Of a DNA stretch of 64,000 bases, positions 38,127-47,467 are shown in pieces. A model generated the notes under the pieces. It searched no databases. It was not told the DNA's origin and saw only the letters and a program-made list of their open reading frames with translations. Where the stretch lies: positions 13,524 to 77,523 of the forward strand of contig CANLTW010000001.1 in assembly GCA_947494155.1 (NCBI GenBank), given 5' to 3'. Both the position numbers and the translations under genes were made by a program. Position 1 is the first letter of the stretch. Each line of letters starts with the position of its first letter. The DNA is from Chlamydiota bacterium. GTDB lineage: Bacteria; Chlamydiota; Chlamydiia; Chlamydiales; RGXB01.

Positions 38127-39452
38127 ATGGCATGTGCAGCAATTTTATTGATAGGGGGGAAAAGCGAACGGTTTTTAGACCCGAAAACCCCTAAACAGTT
38201 CCATTTCCTAAGTGGAAAGCGGGTTTACGAATACTCTCTTGAAACTTTTTTGCAATCGGGGCACTTTTCCCAAATCCTTTTGGCTTGCCACAAAGATTGG
38301 ATAGCGACTTTAGAAAAAGAACTTGAGGGTAAAAGTTCTATTATACGGTTAATTGAAGGGGGATCAACTCGACAGGAATCGGTAAAAAAAAGTCTTTTGT
38401 TTCTCGACAAAACGATTCAAAACGTTCTAGTTCATGATGGTGCTCGCCCTTTTGTCTCTTTCAAAATAATCGAAGATCTTTTAGGGGCATTAAAAACTTT
38501 TGAGGCAAGCGGCACCTACATCCCCTCTCAGGACACTATCGGCGTAACAGACACCCAAACGATTCTCCACATCCCTGATCGGGCTACCATGCAGAGAGGT
38601 CAAACACCACAAAGTTTTCGTAAAGCGCTCCTAGTTCAAGCCCACAGACACGCAGAAAACAACGGTATCTTCCAGGCAACTTGCGATATTCAGCTCGCTT
38701 TACGTTTGGGCGCTAAAGTGAAACGGGTTGATGGGGATGAAACAAACATCAAAATAACCACCCCGATCGACCTCTATCTCGCTGAACATATCCTCAGAAA
38801 AAAAACAGCTCCTCATATTGCAGACTTCGATTTTAGGGGAAAAAAAATCGCCCTTATCGGTGCCTCCGGAGGAATAGGACGACAAATCCACAAAGAGCTT
38901 CTGAAAGAGGGGGCCGAAGTGATCCCCCTTTCAAGAAATTCCACCCCATTTTCGCTCAATCTACTAAAAACTTCTTCCATCAAAAAAACCTCTAAAGACC
39001 TTTTTGATCACTATGGAGCACTAGATGGTTGTATCTTTTCAGCTGGCTGCCTCCACAAAGGGGCCATCGAGAAACTAGAGGAAAAGCAGGTAAACGAAAT
39101 GGCTAGGGTCAATTTTTTGAGTCTAGTGCCCCTTTTACAACATTTGCGGCTCAAAAAGGAGGCCCTCTTTATTTTAATCGGTTCCTCCTCCTACTTCAGA
39201 GGGCGAAAGGAGATCGGAGTCTACTCCGCCACAAAAGCAGCCAGCATCAATTTGTTACAAAGTCTATCAGAAGAGTGCCCTGAACTTAAAATTCAGATTA
39301 TTTGCCCAAAAAGAACCGATACCCCAATGAGAAAGAGAAACTTCCCCTTTGAAGATCCCTCAACCTTGGCTGATCCATGGGATGTAGCAAAATCTATTTT
39401 AGAAAAGATCAAAAAAAATAGTTGCAAAGGGGAAATTCTAAACCTGCTCTAA
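38127..39452 (+). CDS. bifunctional IspD/TarI-type cytidylyltransferase fused to a short-chain dehydrogenase/reductase (Bcs1-like)
   Basis: N-half has ILLIGGKSERF, PKQF and VLVHDGARPF (IspD family). C-half has KIALIGASGGIGRQI (Rossmann fold) and SS..(x)..YSATKAA (SDR Ser-Tyr-Lys). Confidence 0.8.
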   Translation: MACAAILLIGGKSERFLDPKTPKQFHFLSGKRVYEYSLETFLQSGHFSQILLACHKDWIATLEKELEGKSSIIRLIEGGSTRQESVKKSLLFLDKTIQNVLVHDGARPFVSFKIIEDLLGALKTFEASGTYIPSQDTIGVTDTQTILHIPDRATMQRGQTPQSFRKALLVQAHRHAENNGIFQATCDIQLALRLGAKVKRVDGDETNIKITTPIDLYLAEHILRKKTAPHIADFDFRGKKIALIGASGGIGRQIHKELLKEGAEVIPLSRNSTPFSLNLLKTSSIKKTSKDLFDHYGALDGCIFSAGCLHKGAIEKLEEKQVNEMARVNFLSLVPLLQHLRLKKEALFILIGSSSYFRGRKEIGVYSATKAASINLLQSLSEECPELKIQIICPKRTDTPMRKRNFPFEDPSTLADPWDVAKSILEKIKKNSCKGEILNLL

Positions 39453-39484
39453 AAATAAAAAAACTCCTTGAGATAAGGAGTTTT
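39451..39484. terminator. bidirectional hairpin between the convergent cytidylyltransferase-SDR gene and the tRNA-Glu/tRNA-Lys genes
   Basis: AAACTCCTT-GAGAT-AAGGAGTTT. On the minus strand it is followed by TTTTATTTTT, and on the plus strand by TTTT. Confidence 0.6.
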
Positions 39485-39507
39485 AGTATTGCACTTTTTT
39501 AAAAGTG

Positions 39508-39580
39508 TGAGACATGTTGGACTCGAACCAACGACCCTCTCATTAAAAGTGAGATGCTCTACCAACTGAGCTAATGTCTC
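39508..39580 (-). tRNA. tRNA-Lys (anticodon UUU)
   Basis: Reverse complement GAGACAUUAGCUCAGUUGGUAGAGCAUCUCACUUUUAAUGAGAGGGUCGUUGGUUCGAGUCCAACAUGUCUCA. Acceptor GAGACAU/AUGUCUC and anticodon loop CUUUUAA. Confidence 0.95.
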
Positions 39581-39587
39581 GGTGTAT

Positions 39588-39660
39588 TGACCCTTCGGGG
39601 ATTCGAACCCCGGTTGCAAGGATGAAAACCTTGTGTCCTAGGCCTCTAGACGAAAGGGCC
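39588..39660 (-). tRNA. tRNA-Glu (anticodon UUC)
   Basis: Reverse complement GGCCCUUUCGUCUAGAGGCCUAGGACACAAGGUUUUCAUCCUUGCAACCGGGGUUCGAAUCCCCGAAGGGUCA. Anticodon loop UUUUCAU. Lies 7 nt from tRNA-Lys. Confidence 0.95.
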
Positions 39661-39713
39661 GCGCTAGTGATGGCACTAATATAGCAACACCAGCTATTTT
39701 TTCGCAAATATTT

Positions 39714-40250
39714 TCAAACTTCCTGCAGTTCTTTCTCTTTCTCAGCTAGGGCAGCGTCAATTTCTTTAATGGCCTGGTCGGTCATCTCCTGAGCTTTTTT
39801 CTCCCCTTTCTTTTGCATATCCTCTGTGATTTCACTTGTGGATTTTTGCTTTTTCAATAGGTCGTTCATCTCTTTGCGGTGCTGACGAATAGTGACTTTC
39901 GCCTCTTCCGCTTTTTTTGAAGCGAGTTTTAGCGTCTCTTGTCGTGTCTCTTTTGAGGGGGGAGAAAAATTCACTCTCACCTGCCCTTTTTCCATAATGA
40001 CCTGCGCGTAGCTTGAGGAGTCCTCAATAGCCTTGGCAACCGCTTGGGTCATCGACGGATCGTAAAGAACAATCAAAATTTGACGATCATGGCATGAAAT
40101 TTGCCCACAGGATTTCAAAGGCTTCATAGCCCCCATCATATCCACTTTTACATGGTCTAATGCCTGGGCAGTAACACGGCCCGAACGCAATTTTTTCAAT
40201 TCCGTTTTGAAATGCTCGATTGTTTCGCTATTTTTCTTTTTTAGATCCAT
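39714..40250 (-). CDS. frr: ribosome recycling factor
   Basis: 178 aa with LKKLRSGRVTAQALDHVKVD; downstream of pyrH. Confidence 0.93.
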   Translation of the reverse strand: MDLKKKNSETIEHFKTELKKLRSGRVTAQALDHVKVDMMGAMKPLKSCGQISCHDRQILIVLYDPSMTQAVAKAIEDSSSYAQVIMEKGQVRVNFSPPSKETRQETLKLASKKAEEAKVTIRQHRKEMNDLLKKQKSTSEITEDMQKKGEKKAQEMTDQAIKEIDAALAEKEKELQEV

Positions 40251-40911
40251 AAATATGTGTACCTAAATTTTCCTTTTTCAGAATTTGATCTAAGACATCG
40301 AAAGAAAAAACCCGGATAGGGATCGGATGCTCTCTCAATAGGGCAAAAGCGGTCTGATCCATCACCTTCAAGTCTTTTTCTATCGCCTCTTGGTAGGTCA
40401 ATTGTGAAAGGCGTTGTGCATTCTGATCTTTTTTAGGATCTTTATCATACACACCATCCACATTGGAGGCTTTTAAAATTTGGTCAGCTTTAAGATCAAT
40501 TGCGTAGAAAGCTGCTGCAGAATCAGTGGAAAAATAGGGTAAACCGGTGCCATACGATAAGAAGGCAACACCGCCTCCTCTCATCCACGAATCCACCTCC
40601 GCTCTTTGATACACAAGATCCTGGGCTATAGGTTTCGCTGTGAAAACTCTACCCATTCCTTTTAAATAACTGCTGACAATTTTGGCATTCATCACCGTTG
40701 CCAACATCCCCACCTCATCAGCGACACCCCTTAAAATCGAAGAGCCGGCCTCTCTTCCTCTGTACAGATTTCCTGCACCGAGAACGACAGCCAGCTCTGC
40801 ATGCTTTGAAAGCTCGATTAGAGTATCTGCTAAAGAGGCGGCCTTCCCCTCTGAGATCATCGGAGAAAGGATTTCCCCGGAGATCTTTAGGACAAAGCGC
40901 CTTTTTTGCAT
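40228..40911 (-). CDS. pyrH: uridylate (UMP) kinase
   Basis: VLKISGE and VLGAGNLYRG motifs. The ATG at 40911 avoids overlap with tsf. Confidence 0.93.
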   Translation of the reverse strand: MQKRRFVLKISGEILSPMISEGKAASLADTLIELSKHAELAVVLGAGNLYRGREAGSSILRGVADEVGMLATVMNAKIVSSYLKGMGRVFTAKPIAQDLVYQRAEVDSWMRGGGVAFLSYGTGLPYFSTDSAAAFYAIDLKADQILKASNVDGVYDKDPKKDQNAQRLSQLTYQEAIEKDLKVMDQTAFALLREHPIPIRVFSFDVLDQILKKENLGTHIYGSKKEK

Positions 40912-40915
40912 GCGA

Positions 40916-41740
40916 TTACACCCCAACTTGTAGTCGAACGTAGGAGGAGATGATGGTTAAATCACCAGCTCCAAGCTCCTTCCCTTTTTTACGCACATAC
41001 TCTTCAATTGTCAAGGATTCATCTTTGATGAATTTTTGCTTGTTCAAACAAACTTCAGCAAAGTAGGTGTTTTTCTTCCCTTCAATGATTTTTTGTACGA
41101 CGTTTTCAGGTTTGCCATGAATTTGCGCACGAGCAATCTCTTCCTCTTTTGAGAGGATTTCGCTTGGAACATCCGCTGGAGAGAGATAATGAGGATGGGC
41201 AGCTGCACAGTGCATCGCAATCTCTTTTGCGACGTCAACCATGTGGTGCCCTTTGATATCGACTACACAAACGATCTTTCCATCGCCGTGCACGTAGATC
41301 CCGTAAGAATGCCCCTCTTTTTTCTCGATAAGCGTGTAACGGTTGATGACGATATTTTCCCCGATTTTTCCAACTAAAGCTGCTCGCCTCTCTTCCGTGT
41401 GTTCGCGGAGAGCCTCAAGAGTTTTAGGATGGTTGTGCAAAGCATGCTCTGTAACCGACTGGGCAAAATCCCTGTAATCGTCATTACGCACGACGAAATC
41501 GGTCTCACAATTCACCTCTACTACAGCTATACGGTGTGAGTCATCACAAACACGAATCACTCCCTCTTTAGCTTCTCGAGAGGCTTTTTTAGCCGCTTGA
41601 GCTAATCCCCTCTTACGAAGATGTTCCAGCGCAAGATCAAAATCTCCGCCAGCCTCATCAAGAGCCTTTTTGCAATCTTGCATTCCGACTCCACTCACCT
41701 CACGTAAGCGAACAACATCTTTTGCAGAAACTACGCTCAT
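40916..41740 (-). CDS. tsf: translation elongation factor Ts
   Basis: N-terminal UBA-like LREVSGVGMQDCKKALDEAGGDFDLALEHLRKRG. Confidence 0.95.
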   Translation of the reverse strand: MSVVSAKDVVRLREVSGVGMQDCKKALDEAGGDFDLALEHLRKRGLAQAAKKASREAKEGVIRVCDDSHRIAVVEVNCETDFVVRNDDYRDFAQSVTEHALHNHPKTLEALREHTEERRAALVGKIGENIVINRYTLIEKKEGHSYGIYVHGDGKIVCVVDIKGHHMVDVAKEIAMHCAAAHPHYLSPADVPSEILSKEEEIARAQIHGKPENVVQKIIEGKKNTYFAEVCLNKQKFIKDESLTIEEYVRKKGKELGAGDLTIISSYVRLQVGV

Positions 41741-42549
41741 TTTGCTACCTCAGCTACTGCCTCTTTACGAGGACGACGTGGTCTATCAGATTTTTTAGGC
41801 TCTCGCTCTTTCTCTTCTTTCTCTGCTCTTTCAGAAGATGCCTCTTCACGCTGTTGCACAGAGAACTCGTCTTTAGCGGCTTTGATCGCATTCGAGAGTG
41901 CACCAAGGATCACTTTTACGCTTTTTTGCGCGTCGTCATTGGCCGGGATCACGTAGTCGATCAACGAAGGATCGCAGTTTGTATCTACAATCGCCATCAC
42001 CGGAATGTTCAATTTTTTCGCTTCTAAAACGGCGATATCCTCTTTGCTTGGATCTACTACGATCATAAGCCCCGGAGCGCGGCGCATGCCACGAATACCT
42101 GAGAGGTTACGGCTCAGTTTAATCTGGTCTTTTCCGAGAAGAAGACGCTCTTTTTTCGTGTATTCGTTGTTCTCAGAAGAGAGTTTTTTTTCCAAATTCT
42201 CGAGCTTTTTCACCGATTTGCGGATAGTGGCAAGGTTTGTCAACATACCACCCAACCAACGCTCGGCAACATAAAACTCGTGGCAAGATTCCGCAGTCTC
42301 TTTAACTACGTCTTTTGCCTGTTTTTTGGTCCCAACGAAAAGGACGCTTTTGTGTTTGGAAACGATCGAAACGGCCGCTTCAATCGCCTTTTTGAGTTGG
42401 TGTACAGTTTTAGAAAGGTCGATAATGTGGATGCCGTTCTCTTCAGAGAAGATAAAACGTTTCATTTTTGGATTCCAACGACGCGTTTGGTGACCGAAGT
42501 GTGCACCCGCCTCGATGAGCTCCTGGACAGTTGGCTCTTTGTGGCTCAA
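41737..42549 (-). CDS. rpsB: 30S ribosomal protein S2
   Basis: LIEAGAHFGHQTRRWNPKM. TTG start preceded by AAGGAG. Acidic/basic C-terminal tail. Confidence 0.96.
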   Translation of the reverse strand: MSHKEPTVQELIEAGAHFGHQTRRWNPKMKRFIFSEENGIHIIDLSKTVHQLKKAIEAAVSIVSKHKSVLFVGTKKQAKDVVKETAESCHEFYVAERWLGGMLTNLATIRKSVKKLENLEKKLSSENNEYTKKERLLLGKDQIKLSRNLSGIRGMRRAPGLMIVVDPSKEDIAVLEAKKLNIPVMAIVDTNCDPSLIDYVIPANDDAQKSVKVILGALSNAIKAAKDEFSVQQREEASSERAEKEEKEREPKKSDRPRRPRKEAVAEVAK

Positions 42550-42732
42550 AATAACTCCTTAGCATTCCCCTCTCCAGGTGCCTTCCTGGGCGATCAGGTT
42601 CGTTTATGCCAAAGTCACATCAAAAATTGTTTTTACTTTAGGAGAATTCTATCGCTTGTAAAAACGATGGACCGGCCGGCTGGGTCGAGGATAGCAGATT
42701 TTTTTGTTTTATCAAAGGGAAAAAGAAGTAAA

Positions 42733-42803
42733 AGCGCCCAGTCGGAATCGAACCGACACTAACAGCTTGGAAGGCTGTAGTTCTACCTTTAAACTATGAG
42801 CGC
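42733..42803 (-). tRNA. tRNA-Gly (anticodon UCC)
   Basis: Reverse complement GCGCUCAUAGUUUAAAGGUAGAACUACAGCCUUCCAAGCUGUUAGUGUCGGUUCGAUUCCGACUGGGCGCU. Anticodon loop CUUCCAA and discriminator U. Confidence 0.93.
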
Positions 42804-43004
42804 CCAAAGTATTCCTAAAGTATTCCAGATCAGACCATTTTTTGAAAAGTGAAAAAGCACGGGGAGTGTTTCAAAAAATAAATAAGTATTTTGAGCTGTT
42901 ATCTGCTCAAGCTTCCATTCAAGCTTCAATTATGGGGCTGCTCCTGCCACAACTTTTTAGCGAAACTCTTTCCAAAAAAACTTTTTTTTAAGAGACTATC
43001 TAGA

Positions 43005-46000
43005 ATGCGTGGCCCTTCCACAAATCAACCCCTGATTGCCCTCTTTCTTTTCGGTTCTATCTTTCTCCTCTCTTTTGGCCGAATCGGCTATCTTACCCTT
43101 TTTCTTCATGACAACTATTTGGAACAGTCCAAAAGCCCAAGAGAATTATCCATTCACGTAGAACCCGATCGGGGCACTATTCGGGATCGCTATAACCGCC
43201 CCCTTGTAATCAATCGCATCGCCTACGATGTCGGAGTCACCTTTGATAAAATCGCCCTCATCCCCCGGATGAAAATAAAAAATGGGCAAAAAACGTTTCC
43301 AAGAAAAGAATATGTTGAGCAACTTTCGTCTTTTTTAGCACGAACGCTAGAGATAGATCGGCAAGGGGTTGAGGATCTGATTTTTTCCAAATCGGCCCTT
43401 TTTCCCAATACATTTTTCCCCCTAAAGCAAGATGTGAAAGAAGAGACTTTTTATCTGCTGAAAATGGAGGAGAGGAACTGGCCCGGGCTGGATGTTAAAC
43501 ACCGTTCCAAGCGACAGTACCCCCAAGGTGCCGTGGGGCTGCATATCCTGGGTTCTATAGGTCCCATCCAAAGTGCGCAAATGGCAGCCATTCAACACGA
43601 AATGCATAGTCTTAAATCTTTCTTCCAGATGAGGGGGGAAAAAATCGCCGTTCCATTGCCTTATGGGTTTATCTCTTTGCAAAAAGCACAAGAGCGCTAC
43701 TTGGAGTTGCAAAAATTGCACTACCGGCTGAACTCCTACATGGGGCGAGGCGGGGTGGAGGAGATTTACGACAACCATTTGCGGGGCTATCCGGGAAAGG
43801 AGCGCTTTGAAGTCGACGTTAAAGGTCGCTTCATACGAAAGCTCCCCGAGTCGGTAGATGCTCTGCCGGGGAAACGGCTTTTGCTTACCATCGATTTAGA
43901 GTTGCAAAAACATGCCGAGGAGCTTTTGATTCGGAACGAAAAAGAGCGTGACGAAGAATTCAAATACTTGAGCATCGATCATAGTAAAATAGCCTCTCCG
44001 TTTATCAAGGGGGGTGCAATTGTTGCTATCGATCCGAAATCTTCGGAAGTTTTAGCTCTCGCTTCCTACCCAAGAATGCACCCCGAAATGGATCCAAAGA
44101 TGTGGCTCGAATCGAGCGATCACATCCTCGAGATTTTTGATGGGGAAAAACCTTTGTTGAAAGAGAGGCAAGACCCAAAGACCAAAGAGTGCTTTTTCTC
44201 CTCCACATATTTGACGTATGAGATGTTTTTAGATCAGGTTCTTTCCACCGACTGTCAAGTAAGAAAATCTCTTACCAAGCTCCACACTGTGGGAAAAACG
44301 CTCTTTTTGCAACAGGCTATTAGCTCTTTGTTACACCACTTTCAGCAGCAATCGATCCAAGTGCTTCTCGACGGTCTTTACGGAAATGAACCGAAAGAGA
44401 TCCAGTTTGTCGTCCCCCCCGATCTTCTCCAAGAAAAGGAGTTTCTCGACCCCCTGTTTTCTAAAATTCGTCATCCAAAAGACCGTTTGCTGCTCTATAA
44501 TCTATGCCATCTATTTGCCCCTTTGGAAAACTTTAGTGACGCTTTGAAGATCGCTTTAAGCGATGAACCCATCGACCATTTTGTCGCATTATGTCAACAA
44601 ATCCGCAGGCTGGAAAAAGAGGTCATTCGACAAAGTCGTACCCTTTTCAAAACCACCTACATGCCTATTTTTAGAAAAAACTATTTCTCCTCTTATTTAG
44701 CGCAGGTGAGAAAAAAGGGGGGGAAACTCCCCTATTTGGATTATCTCAAACCTAAAGAGGAGGAATTTTTTCAAACCTTTTATGAAAAAAATCGCTCTAT
44801 TTTGATCTCTTCTGCGCTCTTAGGAGCCAATATAGCCCCTCTTTATGACCCCAAGTTTTATCTGTGCAAGGAATTGGCAAAAATCCCTTCGGTTCCACAG
44901 ATTCAACGCCGACTCCAGGATTTTCCAGCCCACCTTATTCAAAGTCTGATTCACGTCGTGCGTACAAGCAAAATGCTGGACGGATACGAAAAACAGCTGG
45001 CTCAGGCATTTTATCCCAAACACGGTTTTGGATTTTGCCGCTCTTTTGCCTACCAGGAGTCAGCCCCTTTGGGCTCAATTTTTAAAATTGTTTCGGGCTA
45101 TGCCGGGCTCAAAAGGCATTTGGAAAAAGAGTTAGACTTCACTAAACCCTTTGATCCAAATCCTCTCACTATTCGAGACGAAGGGCCAAAAGGGGACCCA
45201 GCAGATCCAAAAAATATTTTGGGATATCTTCCAGACGGCACTCCCATCACCCGAAATTTTCGCGGAGGTAGACTCCCCAGAAGCGACCACTCTATCGGTA
45301 AATGTGATTTGGAACGTGCAATCGAACAATCCTCAAACATCTATTTCTCCCTGCTGGCTGAGGGGGCTCACGAAGAACTTTTACAAACCTCAAAAGCGAT
45401 GGGTCTGGGGAGCCGTACAGGAATAGATTTACCCATGGAAATTGGGGGAACTTTACCGTTCGACTTAAGCTACAATAAAACCGGCCTATATGCTTTTGCC
45501 ATAGGCCAACACCTATTAACCGTCACCCCTTTGCAAGTCGCCAATCTTCTGGGAGCACTTGTAACTGAAGGGCAGGTAAAAAAACCCCATGTTGCCAAAG
45601 CTCTTTTAGGGGCCTACACCCCAAAACAAACCAATAGCCAACGTTTCAAGCAATACTTTGCCCCCTTTCATATTGAACCCGGTATTTTTTCAGAGACTTT
45701 GAACCAATCGCTTCAACCGTTTGTCCTCCCGTTCGACCCGGTGACGTTGCAAGCGTTTGCTTTTCCGCGTGAGCTTTCCAGACCGCTTTTGAAGGGTCTA
45801 CACAAAGTGCTCAACGGAGAGAGAGGGGGCGCAAGGCCTGAGGCCATTCGCACCTATTTTAAACATCCTGAGCTTAAAAAAGATTATCTGAAGCTTCGTG
45901 CCAACATGATTGGAAAAACAGCTACAGCCCAGATTAGTTACCGCCCTTTTCTAGATAAAGAGGGGGAATCGGCTCTTGTGAAACACACCTGGTTTGCCTT

Positions 46001-46160
46001 GGCGCACTATGAGGAAAACTCCCCGATGTTTGAAAATCCGGACCTCGTGGTTGTGGTGTACTTACGTTTTGGCGATTATGGAAAAGAGGCGCTCCCCTTA
46101 GCTGTAGAGATGACAAAAAAGTTTTTGGAGATACAGCAAAAACAGAAGAGTATTTCCTAA
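43005..46160 (+). CDS. mrdA: penicillin-binding protein 2 (class B transpeptidase), extended chlamydial-type form
   Basis: TM anchor after MRGPSTNQ. Motifs SxxK GSIFKIV, SxN SSNIYF and a KTG-like box GKTATAQ. About 1050 aa. The track start at 42891 was rejected in favour of the ATG at 43005. Confidence 0.9.
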   Translation: MRGPSTNQPLIALFLFGSIFLLSFGRIGYLTLFLHDNYLEQSKSPRELSIHVEPDRGTIRDRYNRPLVINRIAYDVGVTFDKIALIPRMKIKNGQKTFPRKEYVEQLSSFLARTLEIDRQGVEDLIFSKSALFPNTFFPLKQDVKEETFYLLKMEERNWPGLDVKHRSKRQYPQGAVGLHILGSIGPIQSAQMAAIQHEMHSLKSFFQMRGEKIAVPLPYGFISLQKAQERYLELQKLHYRLNSYMGRGGVEEIYDNHLRGYPGKERFEVDVKGRFIRKLPESVDALPGKRLLLTIDLELQKHAEELLIRNEKERDEEFKYLSIDHSKIASPFIKGGAIVAIDPKSSEVLALASYPRMHPEMDPKMWLESSDHILEIFDGEKPLLKERQDPKTKECFFSSTYLTYEMFLDQVLSTDCQVRKSLTKLHTVGKTLFLQQAISSLLHHFQQQSIQVLLDGLYGNEPKEIQFVVPPDLLQEKEFLDPLFSKIRHPKDRLLLYNLCHLFAPLENFSDALKIALSDEPIDHFVALCQQIRRLEKEVIRQSRTLFKTTYMPIFRKNYFSSYLAQVRKKGGKLPYLDYLKPKEEEFFQTFYEKNRSILISSALLGANIAPLYDPKFYLCKELAKIPSVPQIQRRLQDFPAHLIQSLIHVVRTSKMLDGYEKQLAQAFYPKHGFGFCRSFAYQESAPLGSIFKIVSGYAGLKRHLEKELDFTKPFDPNPLTIRDEGPKGDPADPKNILGYLPDGTPITRNFRGGRLPRSDHSIGKCDLERAIEQSSNIYFSLLAEGAHEELLQTSKAMGLGSRTGIDLPMEIGGTLPFDLSYNKTGLYAFAIGQHLLTVTPLQVANLLGALVTEGQVKKPHVAKALLGAYTPKQTNSQRFKQYFAPFHIEPGIFSETLNQSLQPFVLPFDPVTLQAFAFPRELSRPLLKGLHKVLNGERGGARPEAIRTYFKHPELKKDYLKLRANMIGKTATAQISYRPFLDKEGESALVKHTWFALAHYEENSPMFENPDLVVVVYLRFGDYGKEALPLAVEMTKKFLEIQQKQKSIS

Positions 46161-47467
46161 ATTTTTTCGATTATTTCTGTTGCTACAGGAAATTCCTGTG
46201 GGCAGGCATGAACAGCTTTGAGAAGTCTTTTAGCTGCTAAGACTGCCGACTCCATGTAATTATTTGTACGGGCTAAATAGGCAGCCATAATCCCCCCGAG
46301 GACATCTCCTGCTCCAGCTGTGGCCAGCTTGGGTTCAGCCTCCAAAATAACGTAGGGTTTGGCCTCTTTGGGGTCAAAAATCCATGTAGGGGCTCCCTTT
46401 TCAAAAAGGACGAAATCCTCTTTTCTGGAGTTGCGTAAAAAACGCATTTCCCCCCCATTCGGAGTTACGATTGCGAAAGGCTTTTTCAGACGGTGGACAT
46501 AAATGCCAATCGCTGCGGCATCTACAATCAGGGGCTTTGGGTGATCACAAAGGTAATCAAACACCTCATTTACAAACTCTTTTTTTTCCTCACTGAGTCC
46601 CGGCCCAATCACGATCGCATCCAGCTTCGGTGCCCATAGGCGAAAATCTTCTATAGTTTGCTTAGAAAAAACGGCCTCCACGATGGGGAGTTGAAAATCA
46701 TCATCGCAAAAAAGCCGCACCATCCCCGCCCCGGCTCTATGTGCCGCTTTGGCGCACATGTAGGCTGCCCCCTCCATTCCGATAGAGCCGGCGATGACAC
46801 CAACATAGCCTCTGTCATATTTATGGACGACCTTTGGCATTTCGGGCTCAACAAGAGCTGAGAGGTTGACAACCCTACAAAGCTCCTCCATCTTTTCCAT
46901 GTAGCCTTTTCCCAGCCCGAAATCGACCAACTCGATCGTTTTATAGGACTGATACCCTGCTCCTACCATGTGGCCCAGCTTGTAAGTCCCTATCGCAATG
47001 CAATGAGTGGCTTGTATGTGGAAAACACTCACATAGCCTGTGTTGGCATAGACTCCTGAAGGGATATCTACCGAAAGTATCGGCAAACCGCTCCCATTTG
47101 CGATTAATACCTGCTGGGCTTCATCACCCAAAATCTCCCCGTGAAAACCGATACCGTACAGCGCATCCAAAAGGATTCCGCCACGCTTAAGGTGACTTAA
47201 TCCCTCAAAGGTTTCATAACCCAACTTCTTCAGTGTTTGCATCGCTGCAATTCCGTCTTTTCCATTATTCCCTTTTCCGATCAGGCAATGGACTATAGGA
47301 GGGTGCCGGTGCTTTTTGGCGTAGCGATCCACAGCAAAAGCAACCTGTTCTCCAGCTTTTTGATTCATGAGCCGAGCTTCATGCCCGTTTGCCAAAGCTA
47401 GCTCTTCGATACGCCTCTCCTCTTCTGAGGAGACCACTTTATGATAAGGGATTTCGTAGGGGTTCAA
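46157..47467 (-). CDS. nnr: bifunctional NAD(P)H-hydrate repair enzyme Nnr (YjeF epimerase/dehydratase)
   Basis: N-domain GKGNNGKDGIAA. C-domain HKYDRGYVGVIAGS and AGAGDVLGGIMAAYLA. Confidence 0.88.
   Translation of the reverse strand: MNPYEIPYHKVVSSEEERRIEELALANGHEARLMNQKAGEQVAFAVDRYAKKHRHPPIVHCLIGKGNNGKDGIAAMQTLKKLGYETFEGLSHLKRGGILLDALYGIGFHGEILGDEAQQVLIANGSGLPILSVDIPSGVYANTGYVSVFHIQATHCIAIGTYKLGHMVGAGYQSYKTIELVDFGLGKGYMEKMEELCRVVNLSALVEPEMPKVVHKYDRGYVGVIAGSIGMEGAAYMCAKAAHRAGAGMVRLFCDDDFQLPIVEAVFSKQTIEDFRLWAPKLDAIVIGPGLSEEKKEFVNEVFDYLCDHPKPLIVDAAAIGIYVHRLKKPFAIVTPNGGEMRFLRNSRKEDFVLFEKGAPTWIFDPKEAKPYVILEAEPKLATAGAGDVLGGIMAAYLARTNNYMESAVLAAKRLLKAVHACPQEFPVATEIIEKI

Noticed and set aside
42550-42732. 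Possible structured rpsB leader (S2 autoregulatory element) in the 183-nt gap between tRNA-Gly and rpsB.
   Set aside because: I could not fold a convincing conserved pseudoknot by eye, and the known rpsB leader motif is described mainly in Gammaproteobacteria. Testing this needs covariance-model scanning.
42280-42762. 160-aa plus-strand ORF spanning the rpsB 5' region and running into tRNA-Gly.
   Set aside because: It is antisense to rpsB and overlaps a well-folded tRNA gene, and its sequence is low-complexity. It is spurious.
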